Made by a program: the position numbers and the translations under genes. From positions 128,001 to 192,000 of IMG/VR virus record IMGVR_UViG_3300029374_000001: 64,000 nucleotides of DNA. One strand, 5' to 3'. Under the pieces are notes generated by a model, which was given only the letters and a program-made list of their open reading frames with translations, was not told the origin of the DNA and did not search any database. This DNA is from a virus. Of this stretch, positions 46,181 to 55,699 are shown piece by piece. Within the stretch, counting starts at the first letter, position 1, and each line of letters starts with the position of its first letter.

Positions 46181-48892
46181 GTGCGACTATATAGATTGGA
46201 ATTAAATAATTATATTGGAATCTATAATGGTATGGGGCTAAACCATATCTGTATAGATTTCTCTAAATGTATGAATAATATCACGGTAATTAAAGGAGAT
46301 AATGGTTCGGGTAAGTCAAGTTTATTTAAAGCGATCCATCCGTTTAGTGATACAAACTATTATCTCTTACCAGGAGTACAAGCATCTAAGAATATTGTAT
46401 ATCAATTGAATGATGGATCTATTCTGGATATTACTTATGTATATCCGATAGATCATAATGGAAACAGAAAATCTACCCAATGTACGGTTATCTATAATGG
46501 AAAAGATGTTAATACCAATAAGAATGTCAATGATGGAAAATCTATCATATGCGATCTCTTAGATATTGATATGGGGTTCTTAACATTGGCACAATTATCT
46601 TCTGATGATAGAGGGTTAGCGGATAAGAATCCATCCGAACGTAAGAAGTTTATCAATAAGAAGATATCGGAATTAGATGCATTCAATGATATCTATAAAA
46701 AGATATCTAAGAAGTCTAATCAGTTAAAGGCTATGGTAAACTCCTTCAATACTAAGTTAGAATCTATTGGAGATACTAAGATTATTGCTACCAATATCAA
46801 ATTGATGAATAAACAGTTAGAAGATTTAGATGAACAGAAAACTGTACTATTGGTAGAAATGTCTAAAATACAAGCGAAGTTAGAAGAACTCTCTAAGTCT
46901 TCTAACTTTAATCCAGATTCTTATAGAGAATTGAAACAATCTATCTATGAATTAAAACAGAAGCTATCCAGATATAATATTGATGAGTCAATTACTGAAT
47001 CTATGAAATCAGAAGAAGAATTATCTTATCATACACATAAGAATCAATTAGAAAATTTACAAAATATGTATGATAAGCGTTTATCTGAGGTATCCTCGTA
47101 TAGAGATAGGGTAGAGTCGTTAGAAATTCGTTTAAGCTCAATGGGTGATCTCAAACTCATTGATTCGTATGAGTTTAGGATAGCAGAAATCAAGAAAAAA
47201 CAAGAAGAGTTTAATTCAATGTGTCATAAACATGGTTTTGATAGACATGAAGAAATATCAGAAACAGAATATGATTATATATATGATACAATGTCTACCA
47301 TTTCTCATTATATCTCTATGATGAGAGACAAGTATGATTATAAAACATTGAAACAGGCTATCGAGTTATTCTGCAACCAAGTTTACGGAAAACCATATGC
47401 TCGAAAGACATCTAAGAATGAATTAGATAGTATGAAAGATAGTCTGTCTAATATGAAGATGATCTTAGAGAAACAGGAGTTCTTTAAAGAGCAATCCAAA
47501 GATTTTTCTATGATACCCGAAGATTGTCCTCATAAACATGATTGCCCATTTATAAAGACAATCATGAATGCTCATAATAGTATATTACCAGATTCTGATT
47601 ATGATAGATTATCTAAACAGATAGAAGATTTAACCAAAGATATTATTAAATATAAAGCACAGGTTGAAGAAGAAGATATTATAGAACGGTGTCTATCAGA
47701 TATGATTCATATTTTTGGATCTAATACAGAGATTATGAAGCCATCTTGTATGAAATCTATGGATAAGTTTAATATTCATCATATTATGTCTAAAGAAGAT
47801 TTTAGGCCTGCATTAGAATCTTTATTATTATCTTCTAATGCCAGTTGGTATATTTTAGACTTCCAGTATTATGATAATATCAGAAACTTCTTTATAGAAT
47901 CTAAGTCTTATCAGAGCGATATAGAAAGACTCCAGAAAGAATGTAACTCATTACGTTCTAATCAAGAATTAGCTGAGTTCATTACTAAAGAATTGTCTGA
48001 ATCTAAAGAGAAACTACAATCTTTAAATACAGAAATATCTGGAATGTATCGGAAGATTAAAGACTTGCAATCTACAATTGATAATCAGAAGCTTCACATA
48101 GAGCATATGGAACATACTCTGGAAAGAAAGAAGCAAAAAGAAGAATATACGAAACAATATACTCTTCTTACAGAGGAATATAACAAACAACAGGAAAATA
48201 TGAAAGAGTATGATATACTGGATAAAGAATTATCTGATAAGAAAGTTGTATTGGATGATTTGGTATCTCATCAAATTCCTGCGCTCACGAAAATGATCAA
48301 TGAGTCTAAGTATAAGATCGTTCTATATAACGATTATGTTAAAGAGTATAAAGAATATAGATCATCTTATGAGAAAGTAGAAACTATTAAGAAGTATTGT
48401 TCGCCCACAACAGGTATACAGACAGTCTATATGAATATGTATATGAACAATATCTTAGGAATATCTAATGAAATACTATCCTCTTTCTTTGGTGGAGAAT
48501 TCATGCTACAACCATTCGTTATTAATGAGAAAGAGTTCCGTATGCCAGTATTAGGATCCGGTATTATGAATGATGATATTTCTAGCATGTCTACATCTCA
48601 AATTTGCATGATCAGTATGATTATTAGTTTTGCATTATTAAGTAAATCCTCTTCTATCTATAACATAGTTAAGTTGGATGAATTGGATGGCGGACTGGAC
48701 ACCAATAACAGATTAGTATTCTTTAACTCTCTAATATCTTTAATGAACAATATGAATTTCCAGCAGTGCATTATGATCTCTCATAATACGGAACTCAATA
48801 TGAGCAATATGGATATTATTATATTAAAGAATTCTGACCCAACTATGACCGTAGATGGTAATGTTATTTATGACTATGCAACAGAAGCATAA
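46181..48892 (+). CDS. SbcC/Rad50-like (gp46-like) recombination/repair ATPase (903 aa, GTG start)
   Basis: N-terminal Walker A in VIKGDNGSGKSSLFKAI. Long central coiled-coil. C-terminal signature/Walker B/D-loop in IVKLDELDGGLD. RBS AGGAGG upstream of the GTG. No Mre11/SbcD partner is evident in the flanking genes. Confidence 0.7.
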   Translation: MRLYRLELNNYIGIYNGMGLNHICIDFSKCMNNITVIKGDNGSGKSSLFKAIHPFSDTNYYLLPGVQASKNIVYQLNDGSILDITYVYPIDHNGNRKSTQCTVIYNGKDVNTNKNVNDGKSIICDLLDIDMGFLTLAQLSSDDRGLADKNPSERKKFINKKISELDAFNDIYKKISKKSNQLKAMVNSFNTKLESIGDTKIIATNIKLMNKQLEDLDEQKTVLLVEMSKIQAKLEELSKSSNFNPDSYRELKQSIYELKQKLSRYNIDESITESMKSEEELSYHTHKNQLENLQNMYDKRLSEVSSYRDRVESLEIRLSSMGDLKLIDSYEFRIAEIKKKQEEFNSMCHKHGFDRHEEISETEYDYIYDTMSTISHYISMMRDKYDYKTLKQAIELFCNQVYGKPYARKTSKNELDSMKDSLSNMKMILEKQEFFKEQSKDFSMIPEDCPHKHDCPFIKTIMNAHNSILPDSDYDRLSKQIEDLTKDIIKYKAQVEEEDIIERCLSDMIHIFGSNTEIMKPSCMKSMDKFNIHHIMSKEDFRPALESLLLSSNASWYILDFQYYDNIRNFFIESKSYQSDIERLQKECNSLRSNQELAEFITKELSESKEKLQSLNTEISGMYRKIKDLQSTIDNQKLHIEHMEHTLERKKQKEEYTKQYTLLTEEYNKQQENMKEYDILDKELSDKKVVLDDLVSHQIPALTKMINESKYKIVLYNDYVKEYKEYRSSYEKVETIKKYCSPTTGIQTVYMNMYMNNILGISNEILSSFFGGEFMLQPFVINEKEFRMPVLGSGIMNDDISSMSTSQICMISMIISFALLSKSSSIYNIVKLDELDGGLDTNNRLVFFNSLISLMNNMNFQQCIMISHNTELNMSNMDIIILKNSDPTMTVDGNVIYDYATEA

Positions 48893-48897
48893 AGTAT

Positions 48898-48931
48898 ATC
48901 AGAGACTCATAAGAGTCTCTGATTCTTTTTT
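48898..48931 (+). terminator. rho-independent terminator (ATCAGAGACTCATAAGAGTCTCTGAT followed by TCTTTTTT)
   Basis: Perfect stem directly after the SbcC-like stop, followed by a T-run. Confidence 0.65.
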
Positions 48932-48972
48932 GTAATCTAAGTTCTTTTTATTTATATATTATAGATATGAGA
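48931..48972 (+). promoter_or_regulatory. promoter-family copy P6: TGTAATCTA-agttctttttatt-TATATATTATA-GATATGAGAGAAG
   Basis: Core at 48953-48963. Followed by the palindrome GAGAAGATATAG..CTATACCTTCTC. Upstream of small gene 49031..49204. Confidence 0.5.
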
Positions 48973-49030
48973 GAAGATATAGGTGGATCTATACCTTCTC
49001 CAAATCTATAAAAAGGAGGACTTAGAAATT

Positions 49031-49204
49031 ATGGAAAACTATAATTCCATAAATTACGCTTACAAGTATCGCAACATACTTAAACAGGCGTTGTCTGATT
49101 TAGAGGTTATTAGACCTCATCAGACTAAGGAGAACTATCTCACGATGAAAGATAAGCTCCTCGATAATCTTGTAAAAATACAAGATATCATATTAGAATC
49201 TTAA
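49031..49204 (+). CDS. small hypothetical protein (57 aa)
   Basis: ORF 48983..49204. The start was set at the internal ATG 49031 (MENYNS...), which has a strong AAAAGGAGGA RBS. Confidence 0.4.
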   Translation: MENYNSINYAYKYRNILKQALSDLEVIRPHQTKENYLTMKDKLLDNLVKIQDIILES

Positions 49205-49276
49205 TAGATTCTACAGAACCAAAGAAGTTTGCCTCCAGTAAGCTTCTTTACTTACATGTACATATGAAAATAAAAA

Positions 49277-49304
49277 TCTCCAGAGACTATATAGTCTCTG
49301 GAGA
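49277..49304. terminator. bidirectional terminator (TCTCCAGAGACTATATAGTCTCTGGAGA)
   Basis: Perfect palindrome between convergent genes. T/A-runs lie on both sides. Confidence 0.6.
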
Positions 49305-49327
49305 AATCTATATATTTATTTTTTGTA

Positions 49328-50179
49328 TTAATGGAAAGAACTATATCCGTTAGCAATAGCGGACTTCGGTTCATCATTCTTATCGGACGGTTTAGCCATA
49401 TCGATAAGAGCATTGTAACCAAATCTGGATTCTTCGAATACGGTACGTTCATTAATCCAATCCAGGAATTCCTGAGCCTTCATAGTTACACCTTTACCGG
49501 TGATCGGATATCCATTGAACTGAACGTTCAATTCTCTCCAGTTGATATCACCTTTGGTGTATTCATACATAGATGTTTCAGCTGCAGTCGGCTGGCAAGC
49601 TACGAGCAAGTAAGCCTTTTCAATTTCACGAGCTGTATTATCTGTGTTGAAATACAGGAACTGGAAGGTTTCATTCTCATAACCAGGTTCGATAAGGGAC
49701 TTATCTTTACCAGGCTGGAGAATACCATTATATCTCTTAACCTGTGTACGAGGATCTTTTACACCACGCAGGAACAGTTCATGTACTTTGGTAATGATAG
49801 AACCAGAACGTTCATAGTATCTCATAGAGAACTGAGAAGCAGACTGTTCATTAACCTTAGTGATAACGTTAAGAGAGTTGATACCATCCTGAAGATCATT
49901 GGTATCTACCGTAATATCTTCAATACCGCTCAGACTCTTAAAATCATATTCAAGAATATGTTGATAAGAATGAATGAGAGATTTGTATTTAGAGTTCTGG
50001 TCAGCCAGAATTGTCAGGAATGTCGGAATCTTAAGACAAATCAAGAAGCCGTAACCTGTTTCGTAGTTATTGAACTGATAGAGGTCAGAATAATCTGCTA
50101 CACCTCTGGTCAGCATATAACCAGTGACGTCACGAGGTTCTTTCATTCCGTCAAATATGTTATTAATATATTCAGCCAT
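49328..50179 (-). CDS. hypothetical protein (283 aa), probably a virion structural protein
   Basis: Minus-strand ORF with RBS AAGGAGAACC. The mirrored + strand ORF 49331..50185 was rejected as an antisense artefact. Confidence 0.6.
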   Translation of the reverse strand: MAEYINNIFDGMKEPRDVTGYMLTRGVADYSDLYQFNNYETGYGFLICLKIPTFLTILADQNSKYKSLIHSYQHILEYDFKSLSGIEDITVDTNDLQDGINSLNVITKVNEQSASQFSMRYYERSGSIITKVHELFLRGVKDPRTQVKRYNGILQPGKDKSLIEPGYENETFQFLYFNTDNTAREIEKAYLLVACQPTAAETSMYEYTKGDINWRELNVQFNGYPITGKGVTMKAQEFLDWINERTVFEESRFGYNALIDMAKPSDKNDEPKSAIANGYSSFH

Positions 50180-50207
50180 AATTAGTTAGGTTCTCCTTTC
50201 ATCTAGA

Positions 50208-53200
50208 TTAGTTAATCATTGTAATCTTGAAGATTTCACTCTGGATGAAATCTCTGAACTTGACTTTGATTACAGCATAGAAAATCTTATTCAGTTCATA
50301 CTGTTCATCTTCAGCATATTCTACACCAATTTCTTTGAACTGGCTCTTATAGCGGTTGAGAACAGCTTCTACGTCAGCTTTATATCTGAGCAGATCCTGA
50401 CCATCGAGGAATGTATAACGATTCTTCGGGCACTGTTTACGGATTTCATGAATAATCTTCTGAACAAGCAGAACATTGTTAATCCAGGACAGCTGAGTAT
50501 ATTCAGTCTGAGATGTATATTCAGTATCCAGTGTAGGAATACCAGAATAGTAAGCGATGTAGTTCAGACGTTCATTATCAAACCATTCTTTCTGGTTGTA
50601 TGTCTGAGCATTTTCATCAGTCTGCGGAGTACGTTTCGGCGAGAAGTTAATGGTACCAGGAATGATATCATTTTCAAAGGTAACTCCATAAGCCTGTCCG
50701 CAGAACGGACGGTTAACGCCATTCAGATAATGACCAACGAAACGTGTTACCAGGTTGTACATAATGGTTACGTTAACCTGTTTTCTGTAATACGGTTCAA
50801 TGACATCATAGCTATTGATGTAGTTGGCTACGAACTTATTCTTCTTATAAGTATCGTTAACAGCTTCAATTTCATTAAGTGTGGTCAGACCAAGTCCGAA
50901 ATCACGGAAGAAGAAGCAGTCTTCACGGAATGTAACCAATTCATGGATAGCATCTTTAATATCTCTCTTATAGTTGGCATCAAAGATGGCATCAATTCTT
51001 GTGTTGTCGAGATCATAGATATCGTCAGCGAAAGAACCATTGAATACTCTGAGAACCTGATTATCATAGAGAGACATGCCTGTAGAATCTCCAACAGAAT
51101 TAAGGATTTCCGGAAGAGCAATCGGATAATCACCAAATGCGCCGTTATCACCATTTTGGAGAAGAATACCATTTTCTACAGAGAGATTATCGCCAGCCGG
51201 ATCAATGCCTACAGCATTAGATACTTTACCGTAGCGATCGAAGGCAAACAGAATATCCATATGAGCTACTTCATTCTTAGTCAGTTTAGACTTTTCAGAA
51301 ACATCATCTACGAATTTATTCCATTCGCTTTCATAATATTTACAACGAATATTTCTGGAGTTCTGGTTAATAACCTGATCTACAGCTTTGTTCTTAGCAT
51401 TAGCAGCACTACCATCAGAGGATTCAACAATCAGATTGTCAAATGTGAAGTAATGAGTTTCAAGCTCTTTATTACCTTCCAATACTTTCATTACGTATTT
51501 AATATATCTAACCGGTCTACGAACAGATGTATCAGCATAAATACGAATCTTCTTATTAGAAATACCACGGCCTGTATCAGTCAGAGTGAAGAGAACATAG
51601 TTCTTTTCTCCGGTTTCCGGAACAACCAGTGTATCTTTAGTTTCTTCTACTGTAGCTACTACAGAGTTGAATACTTTATCAATATCATCTGTATTGTTAA
51701 TCTGTTCTGTCAGAGGAACAGCTTTCAAAGAATACTTGATCATAGCTGCATCAACTTTGATCGGTGTATTCGATATATCATTGGTCTTGGAGTCTGTGGT
51801 TTCTACCTGAACAGTTACACCAGGAGTTGTATCTACGCCAACTTCTGTACCAGTAATAGCCTGAGCCGCAGCATAATATTTGCCGCCATATACAACAAAC
51901 TTACCTACAGCATAGGCAGTGCCAGGAGCATAAGCAGGAACATTGATATCCCATACAATCTTATAGAGAGAAGTCTTTTCTACTTTAGCTTTGTAGTAAT
52001 GACTAGCTTCTTTAACTTTAGAACCTACAATATAGGTATCTACAGCAGCTTCGTTGTAGTTATCAATGGATTCCTGAACCTGTTTCTTAAGAGCTTTATT
52101 AGCAACCTTAGCTTTATAGAACTTGGTTTCAAACTTAACAACTGTTCCAACTGTATAAGTGCTAATATTAGCTACAGAATATTCCGGAACATGTTCATCA
52201 GGTACATCAATCATCAAAGGTTTATGAGCAACTTTAGCCTTATAGAACTTTGTGCCAGATTTAACAACTTTGCCTACACCATAGGTCGGTACATCAGTAT
52301 CGGAATATGCAGGAATAGTTGTATCCGGAACTTCTTTCATCAAAGGTTTATGAGCAACTTTAGCCTTATAGAACTTTGTGCCAGATTTAACGATTGTATT
52401 TACAGTATAAGTAGATACATTAGCTACAGAATATTCCGGAACGTTATCGTCAGGAACTTCTTTCATCAAAGGTTTATGAGCAACTTTAGCTTTGTAATAA
52501 GTAATTACAGCACCTTTAGTTACTTTAACCTTAGCGCCTACTGCATAAGTAGAAACAGCAGAGTCAGCATATTCTGTATAAGTGGAAGCATCAGACGGAG
52601 GCGTTACATTGTCACCAGTCTTTTCCCAAGAATCAGTATCAAGAACTTTAATCTTAGGCTGTGGTACTTCCTGCCAAGAAGCTGTATCTACAACTTCTAC
52701 CATAGGCTGAGAAATTTCTTCCCAAGACAGAGCGTCAACTGCTTTTACAGTCGGCTGAGGAACTTCATCCCAGGAGTCAGTATCAAATACTTCAATCATT
52801 TCGGGAGTATAATCCTCCCAAGCATCTGTATTGATATCTGTGGTAATTCTCTTAGTCTTGTAAGCATCAGGAATATCTGCTTCTTCTTTTACAGCCCAGT
52901 AAGTCTGATCAACTTCTGTTTTGTAATAGAGAGGTTTACCTTTAGCATTGGTTTTCTGAATTTTATCAGCTCTAACTGTAGCGATAAGAGCCAAGTTAGC
53001 CAGTTTAGAATCTGGAGCAACAACACGCTTTGCATACTGTAAACCACCAGCATTAGCAATAGCCGCTGCCTGTACGAGAGCCTGGCCATGTTTGAAATAA
53101 TTGGGATTGTCTCCATATAGAGCAAAGAAATCTTCTCCTGAAAGTTCCTTCTGGAATTTTTCCGGTCCTTTATCAGAGGAGAATACTGTCATAAGCACTG

Positions 53201-53288
53201 GGCGGTCTACACCATCATTTCCAACAGCAGTGTTGGGGTTAATAACGGATTGATCATCCCAGATAAATCTAGTATCTGGAGCTGCCAT
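50208..53288 (-). CDS. large structural protein with tandem CBM5/12-like carbohydrate-binding repeats, likely a fibre or decoration (1026 aa)
   Basis: Five to six ~35-aa repeats ([FY]YKAKVAHKPLMKEVPD..VPEYSVANVSTYTVGTVVKSGTK) resemble the CBM5/12 chitin-binding pattern (Y..G..V.Y.GK.YKA...H). N-terminal 16-aa repeats have the form DT.SW.EVPQP.V.V. Near-identical ~105-nt DNA repeats at 52200-52500 match. RBS is AGGAGG. Confidence 0.65.
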   Translation of the reverse strand: MAAPDTRFIWDDQSVINPNTAVGNDGVDRPVLMTVFSSDKGPEKFQKELSGEDFFALYGDNPNYFKHGQALVQAAAIANAGGLQYAKRVVAPDSKLANLALIATVRADKIQKTNAKGKPLYYKTEVDQTYWAVKEEADIPDAYKTKRITTDINTDAWEDYTPEMIEVFDTDSWDEVPQPTVKAVDALSWEEISQPMVEVVDTASWQEVPQPKIKVLDTDSWEKTGDNVTPPSDASTYTEYADSAVSTYAVGAKVKVTKGAVITYYKAKVAHKPLMKEVPDDNVPEYSVANVSTYTVNTIVKSGTKFYKAKVAHKPLMKEVPDTTIPAYSDTDVPTYGVGKVVKSGTKFYKAKVAHKPLMIDVPDEHVPEYSVANISTYTVGTVVKFETKFYKAKVANKALKKQVQESIDNYNEAAVDTYIVGSKVKEASHYYKAKVEKTSLYKIVWDINVPAYAPGTAYAVGKFVVYGGKYYAAAQAITGTEVGVDTTPGVTVQVETTDSKTNDISNTPIKVDAAMIKYSLKAVPLTEQINNTDDIDKVFNSVVATVEETKDTLVVPETGEKNYVLFTLTDTGRGISNKKIRIYADTSVRRPVRYIKYVMKVLEGNKELETHYFTFDNLIVESSDGSAANAKNKAVDQVINQNSRNIRCKYYESEWNKFVDDVSEKSKLTKNEVAHMDILFAFDRYGKVSNAVGIDPAGDNLSVENGILLQNGDNGAFGDYPIALPEILNSVGDSTGMSLYDNQVLRVFNGSFADDIYDLDNTRIDAIFDANYKRDIKDAIHELVTFREDCFFFRDFGLGLTTLNEIEAVNDTYKKNKFVANYINSYDVIEPYYRKQVNVTIMYNLVTRFVGHYLNGVNRPFCGQAYGVTFENDIIPGTINFSPKRTPQTDENAQTYNQKEWFDNERLNYIAYYSGIPTLDTEYTSQTEYTQLSWINNVLLVQKIIHEIRKQCPKNRYTFLDGQDLLRYKADVEAVLNRYKSQFKEIGVEYAEDEQYELNKIFYAVIKVKFRDFIQSEIFKITMIN

Positions 53289-53400
53289 TATTATAATTCC
53301 TCCTTTAATAATAGTTAAAAATTAAAAACTCACCTTGATTTTATAGCAAGTAAAAAACAAAGTAAACTTTAATGATATGTTCTTATACGACTCTTTCACA

Positions 53401-54144
53401 TTATACATCTTCACCAGTTACGATTCTTTCCAGAGGACTCTGGACTTTATTATCGTTCAATGAAGCGTATATAAGAGCTTCATTTATGTTTTCAGATGTA
53501 ATAGCACTATAGGCACTAATCAATCTGGGAATTACTTTGATACTGATGGATTTGTAATTATTCATATCATTATCTTTAGAAAGTCTGAATGGAACGTTTA
53601 TATCCTTTTTACTTCTACAGAGTTCGGATATAATAATTCCAAACAACTGCAGAGAGATTTTATACTTAGCTCCGTTGTACGTACAATTGTCTACAATATA
53701 ATTTTGAATCTGATCATATGGTATTGTATTAGGAATGAAACCGTTAATAATAAACAGAGAGATCATATCTTCTGTATTATCTACACTTTGAGGGACTTTA
53801 GTTTCTACCAAGATAGCATCATCTTTTTTATAGCATAGAACTCTATAGTCCAATGGTTCAGATTCTTTAATTAATTTAATAGACTTCATTTTTTCTACTT
53901 TGAATGGTTTGGTCAATATTCTGGTTGGATAATTGAACTGTTTCAAAGCAGACATCTTTCCGTTTTCTTTCATAGCATAGCTCATAACTCCTAATGTAGA
54001 AATGTATTCTCCATTATAGTATGCTATATTTCTTTCAAAGTATTTTTCTGGGATATAAAAATAGAAATTTCCGTTGCCATTATATAAAATAGAATCACCT
54101 TTTCTTCTAAGAAATGGTGGTAATTGTTCATTCATATTAGGCAT
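53401..54144 (-). CDS. hypothetical protein (247 aa)
   Basis: ORF with RBS AGGAGGAAATATG. Confidence 0.55.
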   Translation of the reverse strand: MPNMNEQLPPFLRRKGDSILYNGNGNFYFYIPEKYFERNIAYYNGEYISTLGVMSYAMKENGKMSALKQFNYPTRILTKPFKVEKMKSIKLIKESEPLDYRVLCYKKDDAILVETKVPQSVDNTEDMISLFIINGFIPNTIPYDQIQNYIVDNCTYNGAKYKISLQLFGIIISELCRSKKDINVPFRLSKDNDMNNYKSISIKVIPRLISAYSAITSENINEALIYASLNDNKVQSPLERIVTGEDV

Positions 54145-54198
54145 ATTTCCTCCTTCCTATGAGACTTACATAAATGTTTAAGCAGGCAAAACTGAATA

Positions 54199-54224
54199 AG
54201 AAGACTCTATATAGAGTCTTCTTA
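54199..54224 (-). terminator. hairpin terminator (AAGAAGACTCTATATAGAGTCTTCTT)
   Basis: Perfect palindrome with a TATATA loop, downstream of minus gene 54231..55628. Confidence 0.5.
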
Positions 54225-54230
54225 TTTTGA

Positions 54231-55628
54231 TCAGCCACCATTATATACAGTATCGTAATTAGAAGTTAAGGGGTATCCCTGAACGGTTTTCCACCAAATA
54301 ATTACATCAATTAAGTTTCTATGATAATTAGGATAGATCTTAGGACACTTACAAATAATTTCTCCAGGTAAAGAAACAGATTCTGGACGAATAAAGCTAT
54401 CGGCATCTCCTAATTTAGTTGTACCACAAGTTGTTACTCCAGCTTCCGCTACACCACCATAGACAGTAGCTCCAACGATTGTATTTTCAATCTTTTTACC
54501 ACCTACAACTCTACCACCAGTTACAGTAGATTTCAGAGTTGTACCACCAGTAGTAATACCATTGATGATTGCATAGGGTTCTCCATCAATCAATCCAACA
54601 GCTATACCACCATATAAAGTACCACCTGTAATAGCGCCATTGTAAGCAATCTCTCCAATGACAGTAGCTCCTGTAGTAATCATATCTTTACCAGATCTCT
54701 TACCACCAGTTACTGTACTATTCTCTAATATAGGAGTAATTAATTTACCTTTATATGCTTTAGCCCCTACTACTTTACATCCAGTAGCAACAATTGTACC
54801 TTTCTTAGCAGTAAGCAAGCAATTGGTTGTTATTTTAGTTACTGGATCAGTTACTCCTCCAGAAATAGTAAACTCATCTACTTTACCAGAAGTGATTGTT
54901 CCAGAAACTGCTGTACCCATAATGATATGAGCTTTAGCCACCACAATCTCATGACCATTACCATTCATTCCTACAGCACAGGAATCTGTAATGATGCAAT
55001 TATCTTTATCTAAGACAGCATTGGTTAATGTACCTGCCGTAATATTGCCATCTTTATCAACTGTAGCAGAAGAAATGGAAAGATTGGTTACATCACCAGC
55101 TACTGTAGCTCCTGCCGTTCTTGCATTCAATATAGTGGTATCTTCATCAGCATACTGATTGTATTTAGAAATACCTCTAATATTAGACGTTCTAATATTA
55201 ACGACATTAGAAGCATAATCTACAGATGCATCTACTGTAATAATATAATCTTCTCCAGTGCAGCAGTTGCATGTGCATACCCCATTGGTATTTACTTTAC
55301 CAATACCAGTAACTACGCCGACAATAGAATTGATGACTCCATTATCTAAGTACTGAATTTTATACTTAGTTCCTTTACAAAGCTCTACTTTTTCAGATGT
55401 ACCATCAGAGAAAGAAATCGTTACAGTCAAAGATGTCTGACTCTGTACAGCTACATCAGTAACCATCAAAGCTACACTATGTTTTTTAATTTCATCCTGG
55501 ATGTTATACATAGGATTCCAGTTACATCCACAAATATGCTCTAAATGATATCCATTTTTATATGTAGTAATATAATTATTAGAATATAAAGACAGAGGAA
55601 AAGCTCCTTCTGAATAATGAATGGGCAT
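54231..55628 (-). CDS. glycine/threonine-rich repeat protein, possible beta-helical fibre or tail-associated protein (465 aa)
   Basis: Numerous TGG/VGG/GAT short repeats (TGGTTLKSTVTGGRVVGGKKIENTIVGATVYGGVAEAGVTT). RBS AGGAGGTTTCTATA. Confidence 0.5.
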   Translation of the reverse strand: MPIHYSEGAFPLSLYSNNYITTYKNGYHLEHICGCNWNPMYNIQDEIKKHSVALMVTDVAVQSQTSLTVTISFSDGTSEKVELCKGTKYKIQYLDNGVINSIVGVVTGIGKVNTNGVCTCNCCTGEDYIITVDASVDYASNVVNIRTSNIRGISKYNQYADEDTTILNARTAGATVAGDVTNLSISSATVDKDGNITAGTLTNAVLDKDNCIITDSCAVGMNGNGHEIVVAKAHIIMGTAVSGTITSGKVDEFTISGGVTDPVTKITTNCLLTAKKGTIVATGCKVVGAKAYKGKLITPILENSTVTGGKRSGKDMITTGATVIGEIAYNGAITGGTLYGGIAVGLIDGEPYAIINGITTGGTTLKSTVTGGRVVGGKKIENTIVGATVYGGVAEAGVTTCGTTKLGDADSFIRPESVSLPGEIICKCPKIYPNYHRNLIDVIIWWKTVQGYPLTSNYDTVYNGG

Positions 55629-55699
55629 TATAGAAACCTCCTTTAAATTTAAAAATCATTTAATAGAATGTTAAGACTAAGGAAGTTTATGGGAAAATA

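Noticed and set aside
50448-53042. 864-aa ORF on the + strand antisense to the 1,026-aa gene, and the similar antisense ORF 49331..50185
   Set aside because: They are mirror-image ORFs with extreme I/F/S/N/R-rich low-complexity translation and no RBS. Long antisense ORFs are expected in AT-rich genes where stop codons are depleted on the opposite strand.
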